Virus record (IMG/VR): IMGVR_UViG_3300013004_000026
Coordinates: 96,001 to 160,000 of that record
DNA from: a virus
DNA length: 64,000 nt
Strand: one strand, 5' to 3'
Numbering within the stretch: the stretch's first letter is position 1; every line of letters starts with the position of its first letter. This document shows positions 27,009-36,888 of this stretch, piece after piece. Position numbers and translations under genes: made by a program. Below the pieces are notes generated by a model, which made no database searches, had not been told where the DNA came from, and saw nothing but the letters and a program-made list of their open reading frames with translations.

Positions 27009-28472
27009 TCAAAACTCAATGGTGCGTATTTTTGTTGTGATTTGCCAATCAATGGTACTGGTGACTGCTGCGCCCGTGGGTGCTTCTAGTCGTAGCACCA
27101 GATCCTGGCTGCCGGCTGTGACATTAGCTTGAAGAAAAACCTTGCTGGCATTCACGGCGCCGGCTGGCCAATTGGTCGCATCTGAATTGTACGCAGTTTC
27201 CTGCAACACCTGATCCAACACAGTCCAATTGCCGGTGCTTGATGCATAGCTGATGGTGGCAATCCATCTCTTGCGTAGGCGTTTGACCACTGGTGGATTT
27301 ACCGCAGGATCTGTTACATAGACTCCTTGCACATGAAATTCCACATCTGATTGCTGATTGTTGGTGTAGGCCAGTGGAAAACCTCCCAGGGCTGAGTGAT
27401 ACGCAGTGAGACTGATGTTGGCTCTGTCACCGCCTGCAAAGCCGGCGTAAGTTTGAGTAAATTTATGGGCCACAACCACTTCCCTGAAGGAGTCTAACTC
27501 TCCACCATATTCAGTCCACTGGGAAGTGATTGCTGGGCTGATTGTGTAGGTTCCGGTACTGCTGTCATTCATCACAGGGTCAAAAGATCGTCCAAGGCCT
27601 GTGGAAGAAATCCTTCCGGCCACGGACTGGTTATACCCGACGGTGGCTCCAAATGTACCTTGCGAATTGCTTCTAAGATTCAAAACCAGGGTGGTACTGC
27701 CGGATCTTGCTGTGTAATGAGTCATTTCAGTCTGCCCCACAACACCTGATCCAATTACCGAAATTCTTGCACGAGTACCTGCTGATCCGCCGCTGGCATC
27801 TTCTCCTGCAAAGTCTATGTTGCCATAAATCTCGCCACTGGTCACTGTGGTGTCAGGCGAACGCACGAATTGTATGGTAGTTGTGTCCGTGCCAGTCATG
27901 ATCAAATTGCCACTGGCATTGATGTTGCCTACAGAAATATTGCCTTCGCCTACAAAAACATTACTGGCTATCACACCTCCATTGGCCAAGATATTGCCAG
28001 TGATATAATCAATATTTGATTGTATGGCTTGCACATTGCTGTAGGTGGCACTGATGTTGGCATTGGCTGCACTGACATTGTTTTGTAAACTTATGATGTT
28101 GGCATTGGCCAAAGAGATGCTGATATTAGCGGCAGCTATGTTACTTTGTAAACTTGCAATGTTTAGGTTAGCTGCGGTTGTATTGGCATTGATGCTGGTG
28201 ATAGTGGGATCAACAGGTAAGTAAGCAGCCACAACAACATTGCCATAACTGCCCGCCACAATAATAGCAGATGTTAAGCCTGCGTCTACATAGGTTTTCA
28301 TGCTGCTGTTTGCTGAAACAATGGCTGCATTGGCTGCATTGACATTGCCGATCATGTCGGTGGCAAAAGTGGCCAGGTTAAGTGCAGAGTTTCCAATGGC
28401 CAGTTGTCCATACACCGTGGTACTACCTATTACTCTCAAATTGCCTGCTACGCTGTAATCTTGTTGTGCCAT
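27009..28472 (-). CDS. putative tail fibre / virion fibre protein
   Basis: Repeats of N-x-x-AAN-x-x-I-x-x-LQ forming a coiled coil, then a beta-rich C-terminus; TAAATA upstream. Confidence 0.6.
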   Translation of the reverse strand: MAQQDYSVAGNLRVIGSTTVYGQLAIGNSALNLATFATDMIGNVNAANAAIVSANSSMKTYVDAGLTSAIIVAGSYGNVVVAAYLPVDPTITSINANTTAANLNIASLQSNIAAANISISLANANIISLQNNVSAANANISATYSNVQAIQSNIDYITGNILANGGVIASNVFVGEGNISVGNINASGNLIMTGTDTTTIQFVRSPDTTVTSGEIYGNIDFAGEDASGGSAGTRARISVIGSGVVGQTEMTHYTARSGSTTLVLNLRSNSQGTFGATVGYNQSVAGRISSTGLGRSFDPVMNDSSTGTYTISPAITSQWTEYGGELDSFREVVVAHKFTQTYAGFAGGDRANISLTAYHSALGGFPLAYTNNQQSDVEFHVQGVYVTDPAVNPPVVKRLRKRWIATISYASSTGNWTVLDQVLQETAYNSDATNWPAGAVNASKVFLQANVTAGSQDLVLRLEAPTGAAVTSTIDWQITTKIRTIEF

Positions 28473-28590
28473 TTTTGCAATCTGATTAGTTCACTGTCAC
28501 AGCAACATAACATCCTGCTGCCAAGGCTGTGAAACAAGTGTAGTCGAGGTGGAATGCAATATTCATAATGTTGTCCTGTTTGGGTATTTA

Positions 28591-29247
28591 CTAAATTTTT
28601 TCGCCAATAAAAATGTGACTTTGTCTTTGTGATACCCAAGTATTGCTGTTAGTTGATCCGTAACCTGTGTTGATTGCTGAGCGTATACCCGCATCCAGTC
28701 CCGATGCATCATATACTACCAACACCGCAATGCGGTCACTGGCCACTGCACCCAACGCACTTGCTAGTGCGGCGCGGGCTCCTGGTGCTCCACCTGTATC
28801 CCATGTATCATACTGGGTAGGACCAGAAACGACATCACCGTATGAATCTAGCACTACCAAAGTATGTCCACGCAGGGCTGTATTTGCCACTGTAATATCG
28901 TTGACCACAATTCTGGCATTTTGATAACTGGGAACATCGTAGGTTGATGACTCGGCATAGATCTTGTTACCACTCACATACTGTGTGGTTGATATTGCTA
29001 CATTTGTGCCAAATGCTTCGTAGAATGTAAATGTGGATACTGTTTCAATCCACGGGCGTCCAACTACAAGTCCGCCTGCATTGGGATTGTTAATTATGGC
29101 ATTGCTGTTAAACTGTGTGGGTAACAATGTCAAATCATAAGTTGCTCTAGGGTCGCCTACAGCGGCTCTGTTGGCAGCGGCCAGATCCAATTTGGCCTTT
29201 TGCCTAAGCTCTTTTGTTGCCAGTGTCGATATGCCGTTTGCAGCCAT
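28591..29247 (-). CDS. ILEI/PANDER-like domain protein (possible virion protein)
   Basis: RGHTLVVLD...YDT...LASAL...IAVLVVYDA...SHIFIG pattern. Confidence 0.55.
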   Translation of the reverse strand: MAANGISTLATKELRQKAKLDLAAANRAAVGDPRATYDLTLLPTQFNSNAIINNPNAGGLVVGRPWIETVSTFTFYEAFGTNVAISTTQYVSGNKIYAESSTYDVPSYQNARIVVNDITVANTALRGHTLVVLDSYGDVVSGPTQYDTWDTGGAPGARAALASALGAVASDRIAVLVVYDASGLDAGIRSAINTGYGSTNSNTWVSQRQSHIFIGEKI

Positions 29248-29279
29248 TATTTTATTCCCTGATAAGAGTATTTATGGTG

Positions 29280-29308
29280 TTGACTGTTTGAACTGTTTAT
29301 GTTATATT
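29280..29308 (+). promoter_or_regulatory. sigma70-type promoter TTGACT-17-TATATT (TG-extended)
   Basis: ATG 29314 lies 5 nt after the -10 box. Confidence 0.7.
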
Positions 29309-29313
29309 CAGGC

Positions 29314-29883
29314 ATGAACATCCAAACTTTGCCCACTCTGCTGGAATCAGCTGAAATCACCTGCCCAAGTTCGGGCAATCAACGAGCCTACGCTGATCTA
29401 ATAGAAGAAAGTGCTTGTGCCATTGCGCAGAATCAATTTGCCGAACAGTATCGCAAGTCGCGTTCGGTCAAAAGCACCGAGGATTTTGCCTTGATTGAAA
29501 ACGGGCGCACCATCTACATTGATGTAAAAACTCGTCAGCTGGGCACGGATCTAAACATGCCCAACATGATCAGTGTGGACAAGTTAAACAAACTGTTGGA
29601 TGATGTTGACACAGAATTGTACTACTGGATGATTGACTATGAAGTGCGTGAGGATGGCTCTGCACAGGTCACGCATACCGAAATGCGAGCTGTATGGGAC
29701 TTGCCCTGGTCGGCCCTGGCTATTCAAAACCTTGGGCTAGGGCAGTTGCAAATTGCCAATTGGTCTGCAATGAATCAACCCGGCTTGCCCAGGGCCGCAT
29801 GGCATGCACAACTCAAACAGGAAATGCGGGCATTTTACACCCGTCAAGCTCAAAAGTTCCTGGATTTGGCCAGCAAAATCTAG
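29314..29883 (+). CDS. PD-(D/E)xK restriction-endonuclease-like protein
   Basis: E...STEDF...IYIDVKT motif; own promoter. Confidence 0.6.
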   Translation: MNIQTLPTLLESAEITCPSSGNQRAYADLIEESACAIAQNQFAEQYRKSRSVKSTEDFALIENGRTIYIDVKTRQLGTDLNMPNMISVDKLNKLLDDVDTELYYWMIDYEVREDGSAQVTHTEMRAVWDLPWSALAIQNLGLGQLQIANWSAMNQPGLPRAAWHAQLKQEMRAFYTRQAQKFLDLASKI

Positions 29884-29988
29884 CACAAAAACTGTTGCAA
29901 AAAAGTAACACTTTTGTACTACTTTTAGCCCTGCAAAATCAACAGGTTAGTGGGCACTAACTTAGCATTTTTGCAACAATTCAAACGG

Positions 29989-30017
29989 TTGACCGTTTTG
30001 GCCCGTTTTGCTATAAT
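29989..30017 (+). promoter_or_regulatory. sigma70-type promoter TTGACC-17-TATAAT (TG-extended)
   Basis: ATG 30024 lies 6 nt after the -10 box. Confidence 0.85.
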
Positions 30018-30023
30018 AATGAC

Positions 30024-30350
30024 ATGAACTTACAAAAGCCCACTCGCAAAAGACGCCAGGACACCAACCATGCTGTTTACTGTATTACCAATACAGTGAC
30101 AGGTGCTCAGTACATTGGCATCACAGTATGCGGTGGCAATGTACGCAAGGCACTCAAAGTGCGCATCCAAAAACATGTTCGCCGCGCTGTTACAGAAAAC
30201 AAAGATTGGGAATTGTGCAAGAGCATCCGTGAATACGGTACACTTGCACACACCTATGGACTTGTTGAAATTGTGCGTGGCCGCAAGCCAGCTCATGCTC
30301 GTGAGCGCGAACTGATCCGTACTTACAACCCTCAACTCAACTCACACTAA
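30024..30350 (+). CDS. GIY-YIG nuclease-family protein
   Basis: AVYCITNTVTGAQYIGIT...R..KH...E.ELI...LN. Confidence 0.8.
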   Translation: MNLQKPTRKRRQDTNHAVYCITNTVTGAQYIGITVCGGNVRKALKVRIQKHVRRAVTENKDWELCKSIREYGTLAHTYGLVEIVRGRKPAHARERELIRTYNPQLNSH

Positions 30351-30359
30351 GGAGGCAAT

Positions 30360-30593
30360 ATGATCACAATTGATCCACGAGCCATAGCAGAAAAGTTTAT
30401 CCGCCACGGTGGTGCGTTTGATCGTGGCAGTGCAGACAGCTACTACCATCGTCCGGCCCGTCCGCATTACTTTGCAGGTGATACCTATGCAAGTGATCCT
30501 ATCACTGCCGAGCCCGGCTCGCCTGAATACGAAGCCTACATGGCAGGCTATGAGTACAACGAAGCACACGGTGACAAAAAAGACTGGGGTTAA
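30360..30593 (+). CDS. hypothetical protein
   Basis: SD AAGGAGG; HGGAFDRGSADSYY. Confidence 0.7.
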   Translation: MITIDPRAIAEKFIRHGGAFDRGSADSYYHRPARPHYFAGDTYASDPITAEPGSPEYEAYMAGYEYNEAHGDKKDWG

Positions 30594-30594
30594 C

Positions 30595-30795
30595 ATGTCC
30601 TACACTGTTTTCAAACACAATCAAGAATACGGCCCCCGCAAGGGGCTGGAAGGTCCGTTTCATTTTGCCAATGGACGAGTGTTGTACTACGATGTCCGAG
30701 CAGGCGAGTACTGGGATCCCCGCACCGACTTTTATGTTGAGCGCGAGGAAGTGGACATGCTACACTGCATGACTGTTGAACTACTAAGGGCTTGA
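30595..30795 (+). CDS. hypothetical protein
   Basis: MSYTVF...LEGPF...VLYYD...GEYWDP.TDFY. Confidence 0.65.
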   Translation: MSYTVFKHNQEYGPRKGLEGPFHFANGRVLYYDVRAGEYWDPRTDFYVEREEVDMLHCMTVELLRA

Positions 30796-30796
30796 T

Positions 30797-31012
30797 ATGA
30801 ACATTGAGATTCAAGGACTCACACCCAAACAAATGGCGCTGGCAGACATCATGTGGGCTATCAGTAGCCGCGAAGGCGTGGAGAGCTTTATTAGCACACT
30901 GCCCCGATCGGATCAGCGTGACTGCCGTACCATAATTGAACTCATGCAATTGGCGTTCGCAGATGAGATCACGGATACCACAGAAGCACAAGAACTGCTA
31001 TCACAGTTTTAA
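30797..31012 (+). CDS. hypothetical protein
   Basis: 71-aa ORF ending the plus-strand island. Confidence 0.65.
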   Translation: MNIEIQGLTPKQMALADIMWAISSREGVESFISTLPRSDQRDCRTIIELMQLAFADEITDTTEAQELLSQF

Positions 31013-31031
31013 CTGCACAACACAAAACAAC

Positions 31032-31055
31032 AAGCCCGCTTCGGCGGGCTTTTTT
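31032..31055 (+). terminator. intrinsic terminator
   Basis: AAGCCCGC-TTCG-GCGGGCTTTTTT. Confidence 0.9.
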
Positions 31056-31059
31056 GTGA

Positions 31060-31299
31060 CTAGTGTATGGTGCCGTCTGTATCAAAGTCCAGCATGTTGA
31101 TGTCTTTGATTCCTAATACCTTGAGAATCTTCTTTACCACTGGTGGGGGATTGAGATTGAATTCGTTGGGCGTGAACATGTGTTTGAGTTCGCCGTCGGG
31201 CCCAATAATAAACCCGTAGTCGTTTTCGTCAGCAAGGTCTTCCAGTGCCTCAAGTTCTTCTACTTCTACTTCTTGGTCTTTTTGAATTTTGTTGGTCAT
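31060..31299 (-). CDS. acidic hypothetical protein
   Basis: 79-aa ORF. Confidence 0.6.
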   Translation of the reverse strand: MTNKIQKDQEVEVEELEALEDLADENDYGFIIGPDGELKHMFTPNEFNLNPPPVVKKILKVLGIKDINMLDFDTDGTIH

Positions 31300-31921
31300 G
31301 GTAGTCAGCCTCCAGCCGACACAAGTATTTACTAATCTGCTGCCTTAATTTTAACACAACAGATTGATCTGTGTCAAAAGCACTAGAGTACACACGCCAC
31401 ATCACTATGTTTTCAAGCTCAGGAGAATCAATGCTAAAGGTGCCATGCATGGCACTTAGTTCAGCAGCAATACTAAATCCATATGCTTCTATTTCTTCCC
31501 TAGTGCCTAGATATTCTTGCTCTTCTTTTTTGTGCGAACAATGTTCATGACTCGCATATTCACGAATAGCACGATATTTTCTGCGCTTGGCCTGTTCTCG
31601 ATGAACAAACTCATGACCCACACACTCAGCAACATCAAAACAAAGCCTACGCCACTGAGTCTGATCCAACACCAAGTGCTGTTGGTCTGGGTGATACAGT
31701 AGGTTCACCTCCACGCAAAGACCACGAGCTTGATCCTCATCTGGGTCGTAATTGCCACTCACGCACACTTGTCCTGTTTCCACAAAACCGTGTCGTTGTG
31801 TGGTAACTTTTACCAATGGATTTTTTATCGACTGTCTAAAAACTGCTGTGAGTTGGCCAGGTGTGATTGACCCTTGATGTCTGGGTACTCTAGCTAGAGC
31901 ATACATCAAGGGTACAAACAT
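31250..31921 (-). CDS. zincin-like metallopeptidase
   Basis: GHEFVHREQ...YL...EIEAY. Confidence 0.7.
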   Translation of the reverse strand: MFVPLMYALARVPRHQGSITPGQLTAVFRQSIKNPLVKVTTQRHGFVETGQVCVSGNYDPDEDQARGLCVEVNLLYHPDQQHLVLDQTQWRRLCFDVAECVGHEFVHREQAKRRKYRAIREYASHEHCSHKKEEQEYLGTREEIEAYGFSIAAELSAMHGTFSIDSPELENIVMWRVYSSAFDTDQSVVLKLRQQISKYLCRLEADYHDQQNSKRPRSRSRRT

Positions 31922-31922
31922 A

Positions 31923-32264
31923 TTATTTGAAGATCATTAACGCCATGAGCACTGCTTGAATTGCAAACCCTAAACCAATGGTAATAATGTTCAGGCCATC
32001 TTTGAGAATGGTGGCTCTAGCAAACAGCAACAGCAAACCACCCCACATGAACAACACCATGTCCACGGGTGGCATGCGATCGCTCAGGCCTGCGGCTGTG
32101 GCAATCAAGGTGGGAATAGTTGCTAGGTGGATCAGTATGGCTGCAAACCAACCCAGTGTGTCTGCGCTTAATCGAGCAAAGTTTTCGCTGAACCAGCGTT
32201 GGATCCAGCTACGGAATCCGTCGTAGTCAATGTGACCTTGTTCATCTTTGATTTTGAAGTTCAT
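31923..32264 (-). CDS. multi-TM membrane protein
   Basis: Three hydrophobic segments. Confidence 0.7.
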   Translation of the reverse strand: MNFKIKDEQGHIDYDGFRSWIQRWFSENFARLSADTLGWFAAILIHLATIPTLIATAAGLSDRMPPVDMVLFMWGGLLLLFARATILKDGLNIITIGLGFAIQAVLMALMIFK

Positions 32265-32280
32265 TTTTGTCCTCGGTTGA

Positions 32281-32868
32281 TTATCTTGCTTTGTTATCTG
32301 AATAAAAGATGTGACGTCCAATGGTGGCTATCTTTTCTTTACCCCATCTTGGACTCACATAGTCTGCATGATAGTACACAGCATCCTTGAGTCCGTCCAA
32401 ACGGAATCCTTCCAACAGTACCTTTTTGGCCACTGCCATGCTTTCCTGATACGCGGCAGGATTCACTGGTTTGCGAACTCCTGCGTTTTCACAGTACCAG
32501 CTGAACTGACAAATTACTTTGTCATAGATCACACTTTTCTGGAAAATTACTCCGCAAACATCATCTGGCCATTTACCAGACTCCATGCGGTTGAGCGTGA
32601 CCTGAGCCACTGCTACTTTACCTTCGAAGGGCTCATACCCTGCTTCGTAGTAAATGTTTTGTGCCAAGCATTTGAGTTCACGTTCGCGATCAGCAACTGT
32701 TACAAAAGTTGTTGGGTTGCTTGCAATCTGAGCTCGCAGATAATCCATCTTGGCCACGGTGACTTTGGAAGCTACCATAAATGCAAGCACAAGGCCTGTC
32801 ACTATAAATGCAAAACGGATCAATGCTCCTGTAAACACTCGAGGTGTTCCTTGGGCGAGATTTTTCAT
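32281..32868 (-). CDS. cell wall hydrolase SleB/CwlJ family (Hydrolase_2)
   Basis: CLAQNIYYEA, GKVAVAQVTLNR, CQFSW, YYHADYVSPRW, IGRHIFY; N-terminal TM. Confidence 0.92.
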   Translation of the reverse strand: MKNLAQGTPRVFTGALIRFAFIVTGLVLAFMVASKVTVAKMDYLRAQIASNPTTFVTVADRERELKCLAQNIYYEAGYEPFEGKVAVAQVTLNRMESGKWPDDVCGVIFQKSVIYDKVICQFSWYCENAGVRKPVNPAAYQESMAVAKKVLLEGFRLDGLKDAVYYHADYVSPRWGKEKIATIGRHIFYSDNKAR

Positions 32869-32935
32869 ATATTTCTCCTTTCAATTCACGGATTGATAAA
32901 TCCGTAGTTCTATTTACGGACTCAATTGTAGACTA

Positions 32936-32964
32936 ATAATACACTATAAATCGGAAAGTGTCAA
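32936..32964 (-). promoter_or_regulatory. sigma70-type promoter TTGACA-17-TATTAT (a TAAATA box also lies at 32911)
   Basis: Two promoter types upstream of the hydrolase gene. Confidence 0.65.
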
Positions 32965-33036
32965 GGCTAACTACAAAGATCGAAAATAAACTACGCTGTT
33001 AACACCGTTCTAATGGGTTTTTATACCATTAACGGC

Positions 33037-35136
33037 TTATACAACTGTGCGTCTTGAGCGACTTGCTTCATAGTATCCGGCCTGCAATTCAAAAAAGTGG
33101 CGCTGATATCCATAGTATGCATTGATAAAAATTAGATCCCTCGTTTGTTCTTCCGTGAGTCTATTGTTTACTGCATAGTTAGTGATTATGGTTTGTTGCT
33201 CAGTAGTGAGCCCAAAACCAAATTTTGCGCGGCGTTTTGCCGCTTCGTCTTCAATGTCAACCTTGGGCATTTTAATTCCCAAAGTTTGAAGTGTTTGAGT
33301 GTTTCTTGCTTCTGCTTGCATGGCCAAAATAGCTTGCCCTCCTCGAGTGTTTGGATTGGCCATAGTAGCAATAAGATTGTTAAATCCTGTGGCATCTGCC
33401 ACAGCTTCAATGATATTGGTCACTAGTGATATCACAGCCTTTACACCGTTAGTGAAACTCCAAAAGCCTTCTTTGTTATCCTTTAAGGCCGTGAGCAATC
33501 CTGTGTTCATTCCAGCAGCGGCCGAAGATCCGCCGTCTGCTCCATTTGTTGCCGCAGTGCCAGCAATGGCTGTACCAATTGCCGTCGCAACTTGAGCAAT
33601 GGTTTGAATAATAGAATAAACTGCGTAGCCCATGGCCACTGCGTTGGTAATTTCACTTACCAATTGCAGAGCACTTTCTAAAATGCCTTCTTCTGCATCT
33701 GCGCTGGCCTGTTGCACCACAGGGTCTGGTGAATTTTTCACTGCTTCCAGTGCAGCAATTAAATTTGCTTCCGCAATGGCGTTCAATGGGTCACCTGGAT
33801 CATCATGCAGTTCGTAAAACTCCAATGCTACCAATAGAGCTTGCCCTTCAGCGGTGCTTTCGAGTCTGTCATTGGCTTCGCTAATTTTCTGATAAGCTTC
33901 GGTATGTGCAGCACCGCCGGCCGTGCCAATCAAATCAGTAAGAGTGGCTTCGCCAAACAATCCACTGCCAGAGCTTAGATATGGTTTAAGAGCTGCCATA
34001 TCACTTTCAAAGCTGGGGTTGTTGATTAATCCAATATCAGGTAAATCCAGTTGATCTAGAGTTTCAGCAATCAACTCCCAGGTCACGCGATTGGTGATTC
34101 CAAGGCTGGCAATTTGTCGACCAAAGTTTTCTAAATCACCGTAGGGTATGTTATCTAGTGCGCTCTGTGTCATCAATACATCTGGCCTACACAGATCAGC
34201 TGCGGTTTGACAGTTGCCAGGCTGCGCCAGTATTACACCCGTGCGTTCAATAATTACTTTTAACTCGTTGCCGGTAATGAGCTTGAGTGCTTCTTTTATG
34301 GCCACTGGACTGCTGTTGAACACTTCCTCATCGTTGTCAATGAATATGAACTCTTTTAACAAAGCTTCTCGCAAGCCTACATCTTCTGCAATACCCTGTT
34401 CACGCAAACTGTATATCAGTCCGCTTGGAGTTCCAATCCATTCTGGCAAATTTGGATCCCAGAGTGTGCCAAGATTTCTCATGGCTGCGGTAACTGTGCG
34501 CAACCCTGCGCGAATTTGTGCACCGCTGATGGAAATGCCAGATGCTGTGAGTCGTCTGCCCGCAATAGTATTGCCAGCAGCTGGGCCAAGTTGTGCAGTT
34601 ACTCCGCCTGTGATCAAATCTGTAAATGTTTGGCAAGCTGTGAGCAATTGACTCACACTGCGCAGTGCACCAAACACCTCGGCTATGCCGCTACTGGTAA
34701 AACTGGCCTGTTCATAACTTCGTGCTCTCAGAGCTTGCTCAAGAAATCGTATGGGACTTTGCACCAAATCATTGGCTCTCTGTACTGCACTGCCCACAAT
34801 GTCACTGGGATTTATGCCGGCTGCTTGAGCTGCTGACGAAATCACACCTAGCCCCACTGTGAGAGCAAACCCGCCTGCATTGTTTTTAATAGCGTTGGTT
34901 AGAACAACACTGGTGCTGGCTGCATTAACTATAGCTGTGAGTTTGCCACACACTCTGGTTACACTTTGCAAACCACTGGCAACTGAACTGAAATCAGTTG
35001 GAGGGATAATTGCCAGTGGGTCAGTCAACAAAGCCAATAAACCCGTTGGCATCATGGGTGTGATATCGGGTCTATCTTTTCCTTCGGGATAAGGGGCCTT
35101 GCCCCGCGGTTGTTTACCAAAAGCTAAAAAACTCAT
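33037..35136 (-). CDS. large hypothetical, probable virion (baseplate-region) protein
   Basis: 699-aa Ala/Gly-rich ORF with TAAGTA late-type box. Confidence 0.55.
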   Translation of the reverse strand: MSFLAFGKQPRGKAPYPEGKDRPDITPMMPTGLLALLTDPLAIIPPTDFSSVASGLQSVTRVCGKLTAIVNAASTSVVLTNAIKNNAGGFALTVGLGVISSAAQAAGINPSDIVGSAVQRANDLVQSPIRFLEQALRARSYEQASFTSSGIAEVFGALRSVSQLLTACQTFTDLITGGVTAQLGPAAGNTIAGRRLTASGISISGAQIRAGLRTVTAAMRNLGTLWDPNLPEWIGTPSGLIYSLREQGIAEDVGLREALLKEFIFIDNDEEVFNSSPVAIKEALKLITGNELKVIIERTGVILAQPGNCQTAADLCRPDVLMTQSALDNIPYGDLENFGRQIASLGITNRVTWELIAETLDQLDLPDIGLINNPSFESDMAALKPYLSSGSGLFGEATLTDLIGTAGGAAHTEAYQKISEANDRLESTAEGQALLVALEFYELHDDPGDPLNAIAEANLIAALEAVKNSPDPVVQQASADAEEGILESALQLVSEITNAVAMGYAVYSIIQTIAQVATAIGTAIAGTAATNGADGGSSAAAGMNTGLLTALKDNKEGFWSFTNGVKAVISLVTNIIEAVADATGFNNLIATMANPNTRGGQAILAMQAEARNTQTLQTLGIKMPKVDIEDEAAKRRAKFGFGLTTEQQTIITNYAVNNRLTEEQTRDLIFINAYYGYQRHFFELQAGYYEASRSRRTVV

Positions 35137-35183
35137 TGCTGTGTCCTATGTAACTATACTTATCTGCCTGAACTCAGGTCAGA

Positions 35184-35504
35184 TTAAAGCCCGGTTACAA
35201 TGCTGCCAGCAGTAACAGTTTTGATACCTGTGGTAACCTCTATGTAATGGTCGCGTATTTCTTTGGCTGTGCTGGAGTGCAGTAGCACATGGCTTTTACT
35301 AACAGTTACTTTGAAATCCGGCTGTGAAGTAAACAGGCTTGAAATTAGCATGATACCTTTTTGACTAGGAACCACAGTGCATGGGCGTTCTAGTCTATAT
35401 TCTGCGCTGCCATCTTCAATTACTTTGGCCACAATTTCGTCGCCATTGATTAATTTCAACGAAGCAATATCACCTTCACTGTACTTGTTGTTTTCGATTA
35501 ACAT
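35184..35504 (-). CDS. hypothetical protein (small beta-barrel, KL.NGDEIVAK)
   Basis: ORF downstream of glutaredoxin. Confidence 0.65.
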   Translation of the reverse strand: MLIENNKYSEGDIASLKLINGDEIVAKVIEDGSAEYRLERPCTVVPSQKGIMLISSLFTSQPDFKVTVSKSHVLLHSSTAKEIRDHYIEVTTGIKTVTAGSIVTGL

Positions 35505-35506
35505 TT

Positions 35507-35752
35507 TTATCCTTTGAGAGCTGCAAACCAAGAGTCGTCTTGACGACTCAATCCTTGATAACCACCTTCAATCAAGAGTTTACCGTCTTGATATATTTGT
35601 GGCACTGTTCTGTGTCCTTCGCCAACAATAAACTGTTTGGCTGTGTCATCTTCGTCTATTTTTACTTCTTGATAATCAAGTCCTTTTAACTTTAGCAAGT
35701 TTTTGGCCTGCACACAAAAAGGACAATTGTTTTTTGAATACACTGTGATCAT
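35507..35752 (-). CDS. glutaredoxin
   Basis: CPFC, TVPQI, GG; next to nrdB. Confidence 0.93.
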   Translation of the reverse strand: MITVYSKNNCPFCVQAKNLLKLKGLDYQEVKIDEDDTAKQFIVGEGHRTVPQIYQDGKLLIEGGYQGLSRQDDSWFAALKG

Positions 35753-35753
35753 T

Positions 35754-36878
35754 TTATAAGCTGAATCCTTTGAATGTATCGTTAGTGACATCTTGTTTTG
35801 TGCCACCAATCACATAAGTAGTTATCTCTGTTTCCTGGGGGGCAACTTGAACTTCTGCTCCAGCAATCCATTTTTGTGTCCACGGCAGTGGATTACTGCC
35901 AGTCTTGATATGGCACTTGAGACCCACGCTGTTCATGCGCTTGCAGGTCAGCCAATCAATATAATCGCAGAGTAGTTGCTCATTGAGACCAATCATGCTG
36001 CCATCTTTGAACAAATACTTTGCCCAGTCTTTTTCTTGAGCAGCGGCTTGCAAAAACATGTCTTCGCATTCCTGCAAAGTTTCTTCCTTGATCTTGGCAA
36101 AGTCATGATCATCCTGCGGTAGTATTTTCAACAGAGTTTGTGTTGCACCCAGATGCACATTCTCATCGCGACAGATGAGTTTGATAATCTTGGCATTGCC
36201 TTCCATCTTCTTGAGTTCTGCAAATGCCCAGGAGCAGGCAAAACTCACATAAAATCTTATGCCTTCTAAGGCGTTTACAGAATTTATTGCCAACCATAAC
36301 TTTTTCTTAAGATCATAAAGATCAATCTTGATTTCTTTACCGTTCACAGTATGAGTACCGGCTCCCAGTAGGTTGTAGTAGCTGCCGTACTCTATCACAT
36401 CATCATAGTATTTGCTGATGTCTTTGGCACAATCCATGATAGGTTGTATTTCCATGAGCTCATCAAAAATAATACTTGGGTCGCTGTAGACATTTCGTAT
36501 GATGTGAGTATAACTGCGACTATGTACTGTTTCGTTAAAGGTCCAAGTGGCAATCCAAGTTTCTAATTCTGGTAAGCTGCACAACGGTCCAAATGCTGCA
36601 CTGGGCGCACGACCTTGCACACTGTCTAGCAGAATCTGTCGTTTGAGATTGCTGGTAAAAATATGTTGTTCAAATGGAGTTAGTTCTTTGAAATCCTTGC
36701 TGTCATGTCCCACATCAATTTCTTCAGGGCGCCAAAAAAAGCCAAGTTGTTTATCTGTTAGTTTATCAAATTGTCTATACTTGAGAGTATCAAATCGTTG
36801 GATGGTAACACCACCGTTGGGATCTAAAAAAGCCAAACTGTCCACATGGGACTTCTTATTAATATTAAAAATTGACAC
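35754..36878 (-). CDS. nrdB: ribonucleotide reductase class Ia beta subunit
   Basis: FFWRPEE, LLDSVQ, ETVHSRSY, LEGIRFYVSF, DENVH, VAPQE. Confidence 0.97.
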   Translation of the reverse strand: MSIFNINKKSHVDSLAFLDPNGGVTIQRFDTLKYRQFDKLTDKQLGFFWRPEEIDVGHDSKDFKELTPFEQHIFTSNLKRQILLDSVQGRAPSAAFGPLCSLPELETWIATWTFNETVHSRSYTHIIRNVYSDPSIIFDELMEIQPIMDCAKDISKYYDDVIEYGSYYNLLGAGTHTVNGKEIKIDLYDLKKKLWLAINSVNALEGIRFYVSFACSWAFAELKKMEGNAKIIKLICRDENVHLGATQTLLKILPQDDHDFAKIKEETLQECEDMFLQAAAQEKDWAKYLFKDGSMIGLNEQLLCDYIDWLTCKRMNSVGLKCHIKTGSNPLPWTQKWIAGAEVQVAPQETEITTYVIGGTKQDVTNDTFKGFSL

Positions 36879-36888
36879 GGTGTTTTCC

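Noticed and set aside
28486-28566. 26-codon ORF (MNIAFHLDYTCF...) after a late promoter, as an attenuator or leader peptide
   Set aside because: Too short, with no regulatory codon run or terminator; it cannot be supported from sequence alone.
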